Assembly: GCA_963728205.1 (NCBI GenBank)
Contig: CAVSIV010000001.1
Span: 544,001-608,000 of the forward strand
Reading direction: 5' to 3'
DNA length: 64,000 bases
Source of the DNA: an uncultured Chloroflexia bacterium
GTDB lineage: Bacteria > Chloroflexota > Dehalococcoidia > UBA2979
Numbering within the stretch: the stretch's first letter is position 1; each line of letters begins with the position of its first letter. Under the pieces are notes generated by a model. That model saw nothing but the letters and a program-made list of their open reading frames with translations. It ran no database searches and had not been told where the DNA came from. Below are positions 59,371 to 64,000 of this stretch, piece after piece. A program made the position numbers and the translations under genes.

Positions 59371-59991
59371 CTAGGGCGCGATCACCGTTCGCGAGAACTG
59401 CAGGCTGGTGAGCGCGTTCCAGATCGACTCCGCGAGGAAGGGGCCTGGCGCGAGCTGGTTCGTGCCGGTCGACAGCAGCGCCATGCCGATCGCCCACACC
59501 GCGAAACCGGCCGCGTTCGCGAGCATCGGCACGCCGCCCGAGAGGCCGCTGACCTTCTCGAGCGCGGCCTGCGTGCACAGCACCCACGCCACGACCGCGA
59601 GCAGGCCGGTGCCGAACGAGATCGGCGGGATGACCATCAGCACGCCCAGGGCGAGCGGCGCCGACGCGAACCCCGCGGCGCGCACGAGTTCGTCGACGCG
59701 CACGCTGGTGCGCGCGAGCCGCTGCATCACGGCGTAGACCACGAGCAGCCAGACGAGCCAGAGCGCGACCGAGAACATCGAGCCGAGCAGCACGCTTTTC
59801 ACGAAGACGGCGCCCGTCTCGCCGAGCCCGCTGGTGAGCCACCACAGCCAGCCGCCGAGCCCGAGCATGAAGGTGGACACGGCGACGATCGCCAGCGCGG
59901 GCACAGTGGCGGAACGGTCGGCGCGAATGTCGTCGAAGACGCGAACGTCCAGCAGCGCGAGGCGCTGCAGGTAGTGGCTCGTGGTGCGCAC
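59371..59991 (-). CDS. Yip1-like membrane protein
   Basis: LDVRVFDDIRADRSAT..AL.IV, ELVRAAGFASAP and five TM helices. Start uncertain. Confidence 0.7.
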   Translation of the reverse strand: MRTTSHYLQRLALLDVRVFDDIRADRSATVPALAIVAVSTFMLGLGGWLWWLTSGLGETGAVFVKSVLLGSMFSVALWLVWLLVVYAVMQRLARTSVRVDELVRAAGFASAPLALGVLMVIPPISFGTGLLAVVAWVLCTQAALEKVSGLSGGVPMLANAAGFAVWAIGMALLSTGTNQLAPGPFLAESIWNALTSLQFSRTVIAP

Positions 59992-60219
59992 GTCGAGCAG
60001 TGAGGCGGTCAGGGTCGCCCTCCCAGCCGGGGAGACTGGACGAGAGTGTACAACAGCAGAGGCGCGCAAGCACCTGATTAGTTACGGGGCGCGGCCCGCT
60101 TCAGGCGCGCCGTGAGTCCCGCGCACCTCACGCCGCGAGAGGTGGCGACCTCCCGGCTGCGGAGTCGGCTCTTGCCCACGGCGCGCCTGAAGCGCGCCCC
60201 CGCCCGCCCGTGCGCGGCG

Positions 60220-60954
60220 TCAGCGTAGAGGCCGCTTCGACGGCAGGCCGGCGCGGCGCGGGTAACGGTCGTCCAGCGGCCCCGTACGTCGCACGAGCAG
60301 CACCAGCTGCTCGTAGGGCCCCGGCGGGAGCGGCAACGGGCGCGCCGCCAGCGGCTCGCCGCCGAGCGCCGCGATCGCCGCGCTCGCCTCGGCGAGCTCG
60401 TCGCGCGCGCGGCTGCCCTTCGGCGCGGCGAGCACGCCGCCCTCGCACAGCAGCGGCAGCGCGTACTCCACGAGCACCGCCAGCGGCGCGAGCGCCCGCG
60501 CCACCACGACATCGAACGCCGCGCGCAGCGCCGGGTCGCGCCCGGCGTCCTCCGCGCGGGTGTGTCGGACGTCCACGTCATCGAGCCCGAGCTCGCGTGC
60601 CGCGAGCTCGAGGAACGCCGCCCGGCGAGCGTGCGACTCCACGAGCGTCAGCCGCAGCGCCGGCTCCACGATGCGCATCGGCAGCCCGGGGAACCCGCCG
60701 CCCGGCCCCAGGTCCGCCACCCGCGCCGCCGCACCGGCGACGAGCACCCCCGCCTCGCGCAGCACGGCGAGCAGCGCCAGCGACTCGCCGAAGTGCCGTC
60801 GCTCGACCTCGTCCGGATCGGTCACGGTCGTCAGGCCGGCGCGCTCGTTCCACTCGAGCAGCAGGTCGCGGTAGCGTGCAAACGCCGCGCACTGGGCGTC
60901 GCTCAGCGCCAGGCCGAGCCGGGCCGCGTCGGCGGGCAGCAGCGAGAGCGTCAC
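60220..60954 (-). CDS. rsmG: 16S rRNA (guanine(527)-N7)-methyltransferase
   Basis: LLEWNERAGLT, RHFGESL, DLGPGGGFPGLP, RAED, VVARALA and RRAGLPSKRPL. Confidence 0.93.
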   Translation of the reverse strand: MTLSLLPADAARLGLALSDAQCAAFARYRDLLLEWNERAGLTTVTDPDEVERRHFGESLALLAVLREAGVLVAGAAARVADLGPGGGFPGLPMRIVEPALRLTLVESHARRAAFLELAARELGLDDVDVRHTRAEDAGRDPALRAAFDVVVARALAPLAVLVEYALPLLCEGGVLAAPKGSRARDELAEASAAIAALGGEPLAARPLPLPPGPYEQLVLLVRRTGPLDDRYPRRAGLPSKRPLR

Positions 60955-61126
60955 GGCGTGGCTCCGGTCGAGGTGCTCGCGCACGGCGCGGCGCAGGTTT
61001 GACAGGGGCGGCCGCGTTGGTCCTAGACTGCATTCGGCAATGAGGTAGGGCAACCGGCGCCTTCGCCGAGCCTCTCGCCACATACACACACTGAAACATC
61101 GGGATCACCACGCAAAGGACCGCCCA

Positions 61127-61936
61127 ATGGCGGAGCCGATTGGCGCTGGCGAAGCGCTGACGCACTTCCTGAACTCGCTCGAGCCCGAGACGGCCCGTGC
61201 CGACCGCGACGAGGTCGAGCGTTTCGTCGAGTGGTTCGGCACCGCGCGCCCGCTCGCCGAGCTCACGGGCGACGACGTCGCGCGCTACCACCAGGAGCGC
61301 TCCGCGGCGAACGGCGAAGCGGCCGAGCCCGCGCACGTGGAGCCGCTGCGCGCGTTCCTCGCGTACTGCTCGCGCATGGCCTTCACCGACGACAACCTGG
61401 TTCCGCGCCTTAACCTCGGCGACGGCGCCGGCGGCGCGCGAGGCGGCGCGGGCGCCGTGGAGGAGCTGGCCGGTGAGGCCTATCACGTCACGCTCGAGGG
61501 CCTGCAGGGCCTCGAGCGCCAGCTGGAGGAGCTGAAGGCCGAGCGCCCGGCGATCGCGGAGAAGCTCCGCGCGGCGATGGCCGACAAGGATTTCCGCGAG
61601 AACGCGCCGCTCGACGCCGCCCGTGACGAGCAGGCGCATCTCGAGGCGCGCATCCGCGACACGGAGCAGCGCCTGCGCCGCGCGGTGATCATCGATCGCG
61701 ACGCGAAGCGCGGCCGCGCGAATGTCGGCTCGACCGTGAAGCTCCTGAACCTCGACCGCCAGCGCGAGCAGACCTTCACCCTCGTGAGTCCCACCGAGGT
61801 CGACCCGGCGAAGGGCCGCATCTCGATCGAGTCCCCGGTCGGCGTCGCCGTGCGCGATCGCTCCGTCGGGGACGAAGTGACCGTGCAGGCGCCATCGGGC
61901 CCGATCAACTTCCGCCTGATCGAGGTGGTCGACTAG
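61127..61936 (+). CDS. greA: Transcription elongation factor GreA with N-terminal helical extension
   Basis: TLEGLQGLERQLEELK, DFRENAPLDAAR and ISIESPVG. Confidence 0.92.
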   Translation: MAEPIGAGEALTHFLNSLEPETARADRDEVERFVEWFGTARPLAELTGDDVARYHQERSAANGEAAEPAHVEPLRAFLAYCSRMAFTDDNLVPRLNLGDGAGGARGGAGAVEELAGEAYHVTLEGLQGLERQLEELKAERPAIAEKLRAAMADKDFRENAPLDAARDEQAHLEARIRDTEQRLRRAVIIDRDAKRGRANVGSTVKLLNLDRQREQTFTLVSPTEVDPAKGRISIESPVGVAVRDRSVGDEVTVQAPSGPINFRLIEVVD

Positions 61937-61972
61937 CGGCCGTTGCGGTGCGCGTGTCCGCGCGTGCAGCGG

Positions 61973-62563
61973 CTAGCCCAATCGCCCGAGCAGCCCCAGC
62001 GAGCGCTGCACGACCAGCGCCGTCGCTTGAGCGTCGTAGGCGGGCAGCGAGCTGTCCGTGAACAGATGCCTGTCCCCCGGGTAGACGAACAGCTCCGCCA
62101 GCTCCGTCCCGACCGTCTCGACCAGTGCGCGGGCGGCGTCGAGGTCGCCCTCGAGCGCGAAGAACGGGTCCTGGTCCATGCCGTGGATCTGCACCGGGAC
62201 GCCGTCGGGCCACGGGCCGATCGCCCATTCGCCGGTGATGGGAAGACACGCCTCGTAGAGGAGCGCCCCCCGCGCGCCGGGCCGGGTCTGCGCGAGTCGC
62301 TGCGCCGTGCCGGAGCCCATCGAGATGCCGGCGTACACCAGTCCCGCGGGCAGCTGCGCCACGGCTCGGTCAGCGCGCCGGTCGAGCTCCTCGTGACCGA
62401 TGCGCCGCGCCAACGCGAGGCCGTCCTCGATGGACCCCGGTCGCTCGCCGTCGAACACGTCCGGCGTGTGCACGGTGTGCCCGCCGGCGCGCAGCGCCTC
62501 GGCCAGCGCGCGGACGCCGTCGGTGAGTCCCTGGATGTGGTGGAACAGCACGACCTCGGCCAT
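61973..62563 (-). CDS. Dienelactone hydrolase family protein
   Basis: LFHHIQGLT, AGISMG nucleophile elbow and YPGDRHLF. Confidence 0.9.
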   Translation of the reverse strand: MAEVVLFHHIQGLTDGVRALAEALRAGGHTVHTPDVFDGERPGSIEDGLALARRIGHEELDRRADRAVAQLPAGLVYAGISMGSGTAQRLAQTRPGARGALLYEACLPITGEWAIGPWPDGVPVQIHGMDQDPFFALEGDLDAARALVETVGTELAELFVYPGDRHLFTDSSLPAYDAQATALVVQRSLGLLGRLG

Positions 62564-62565
62564 CG

Positions 62566-63483
62566 CTACCCCCCGAGCAGCAGCCGGTCGAGCACCATCG
62601 CGGCGAACAGCAGCGCGAGGTACGACGTCGAGTACCGGAACATCGCGCGCGTCCCCCCGGTGCCGGGCGACCGGTAGATCCTGACCGCGTACCAGATGAA
62701 GCCCGCCCCGCCGGCGATCGCCACCACGAGGTAGAGCACGCCGAGCCGCGCCACCGCCCCGAAGATCAGCGACAGCGCGGCCGTCAGGATCGCGTAGAGG
62801 ATGATCTGGCGCTTCGTCTCGCGTTCACCCACGACCGTCGGCATCATCGGGATGCTGGCCGCCCGGTAGTCATCGGCGAGCCCGAGCGCGAGGGCCCAGA
62901 AGTGCGGCGGCTGCCAGTAGAAGACGAGCAGGAAGAGCAGCACGCCCTGCAGCCCGATGTGCCCGGTGACAGCCGTCCAGCCGATCAGCGGCGGCGCGGC
63001 GCCGGCGGCCCCCCCGAGCACGGTGTTGTGCACCGTCGTGCGCTTCAGGTACAGCGTGTAGACGACCGTGTAGAAGAGGAACGCGGCGACCGCGAGCGCC
63101 GCCGAGAGCAGGTTCACGGTCAACGCCAGCCAGATCCCCGAAGCGACCCCCTGGGCGATGCCGAAGATCAGCGCGTGCCGCGCCGGGATGGCGCCGCGCG
63201 GAATCGGGCGGTTGCGCGTGCGCCGCATGATCGCGTCGATGTCGCGGTCGATGTACATGTTGACCGCACCGGCGCCGCCGGCGGCGAGCATGCCGCCGAT
63301 CAGCGTCGCGATCACGAGCCACGTGCTCGGCCAGCCGCTCTCGGCCAGCACCATCGCCGGCACCGTCGTGATCAACAGCAGCAGGATGATCGACGGCTTG
63401 GTCAGCGTGAAGTAGTCGCGGAGCAGCGCGCCCGTCGAGCGACGGGCGATGGGCGACGCGACGACATTCGCCTCGCTATGCAC
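62566..63483 (-). CDS. ctaB: Protoheme IX farnesyltransferase (heme O synthase)
   Basis: LTKP, NMYIDRDIDAIMRRTRNRP, YTLYLKR and WQPPHFWAL. Confidence 0.95.
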   Translation of the reverse strand: MHSEANVVASPIARRSTGALLRDYFTLTKPSIILLLLITTVPAMVLAESGWPSTWLVIATLIGGMLAAGGAGAVNMYIDRDIDAIMRRTRNRPIPRGAIPARHALIFGIAQGVASGIWLALTVNLLSAALAVAAFLFYTVVYTLYLKRTTVHNTVLGGAAGAAPPLIGWTAVTGHIGLQGVLLFLLVFYWQPPHFWALALGLADDYRAASIPMMPTVVGERETKRQIILYAILTAALSLIFGAVARLGVLYLVVAIAGGAGFIWYAVRIYRSPGTGGTRAMFRYSTSYLALLFAAMVLDRLLLGG

Positions 63484-64000
63484 GCGCGTGGCTGGCTTCG
63501 CGCGGCGCCGCCTTGGCAGGTTCGGCGGCCGGCTCGGGGCCGGGACGGTACTGCCCCGCGATGGTGAGCACGATCAGCACGCCCCACGTTGCGCTGCCGA
63601 GCACGAGGTGCAGCACGCGCGCCCACTCCGAGAAGTGGCTGAAGATGTTCAGCCCGCCGCTCACGATCTGCAGCACGAAGAGCGCGCCCACGAGGAAGGC
63701 GCCGCGCCGGATCCACTGGCCCGGCTCGAGCCAGCGCCACGCCGCGTAGACGAGCGCGATGATGGCGAGCGAGTCGAGGGCGACGAGCAGCCGGTGCGCC
63801 CACTGGATGGACTGCATGCGCCCGCCATCGACGAACGGGATCGGCGCCTGCGTGCAGCCCGGCCACGTCGTGCACGCGTAGCCGGCCGCGTTGCCCACGA
63901 CGTACGTACCGGCCACGACGACCACGGCCGTTGCCACCGCCGCCACCCCGGCCACGGCGATGAACCGGCGCCGCACCGGCGTGCGCACCACGGTCCGGCC
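63476..64000 (-). CDS. ctaA: COX15/CtaA heme A synthase-like protein (3' part; start beyond the window)
   Basis: AGYACTTWPGC, IQWAHR, LQIVSG and LHLVLG; adjacent to ctaB. Confidence 0.85.
   Translation of the reverse strand, partial: GRTVVRTPVRRRFIAVAGVAAVATAVVVVAGTYVVGNAAGYACTTWPGCTQAPIPFVDGGRMQSIQWAHRLLVALDSLAIIALVYAAWRWLEPGQWIRRGAFLVGALFVLQIVSGGLNIFSHFSEWARVLHLVLGSATWGVLIVLTIAGQYRPGPEPAAEPAKAAPREASHARA

Noticed and set aside
63470-63490. Possible frameshifted ctaA-ctaB fusion
   Set aside because: An 8-nt stop/start overlap with a plausible GTG explains it as two coupled genes, so no indel is needed.
1-64000. CRISPR array, cas genes, rRNA or intact IS elements
   Set aside because: I saw no regularly spaced repeats, rRNA-like segments or transposase motifs by eye.

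Overview
Very GC-rich bacterial DNA, probably Chloroflexota/Dehalococcoidia-like; this is inferred from the N-terminally extended GreA, a PxTG-TM-RRRR-tailed surface protein and several family III CoA-transferases. The window has three parts. (1) Positions 1-27.8 kb hold the distal half of a co-oriented, translationally coupled contractile injection system (eCIS/tailocin-like) operon. It has a helical tape-measure-like protein, a gpD-like hub, a gpV/gp5 spike, PAAR, gp25, baseplate J and a gpI-like wedge protein with an inserted beta-propeller. Unusual additions are an NHL-repeat HEXXH metalloprotease, a paralogous coiled-coil pair (one with a ComEA-type helix-hairpin-helix), an amidase, and two ~1050-1100 aa proteins that share an N-terminal module but end in different putative cell-wall enzyme domains. 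Sheath, tube and head genes are not in the window. (2) Positions ~27.8-47.2 kb are an accessory, partly decayed island ending at a serine-recombinase remnant and tRNA-Ala(GGC). It includes a gene pair sharing an amyloid/RHIM-like motif, three paralogous small secreted Cys proteins, a cupredoxin, a MauE-thioredoxin gene next to a 54-Cys Tat substrate, and several gene remnants. (3) Positions 47.4-64 kb are mostly ordinary metabolic and housekeeping genes (CoA-transferases, esterase, rsmG, greA, ctaB, ctaA) plus an orphan T6SS-type hcp next to a Tat-exported dirigent-like gene. All family calls come from motifs read by eye; no database search was run.
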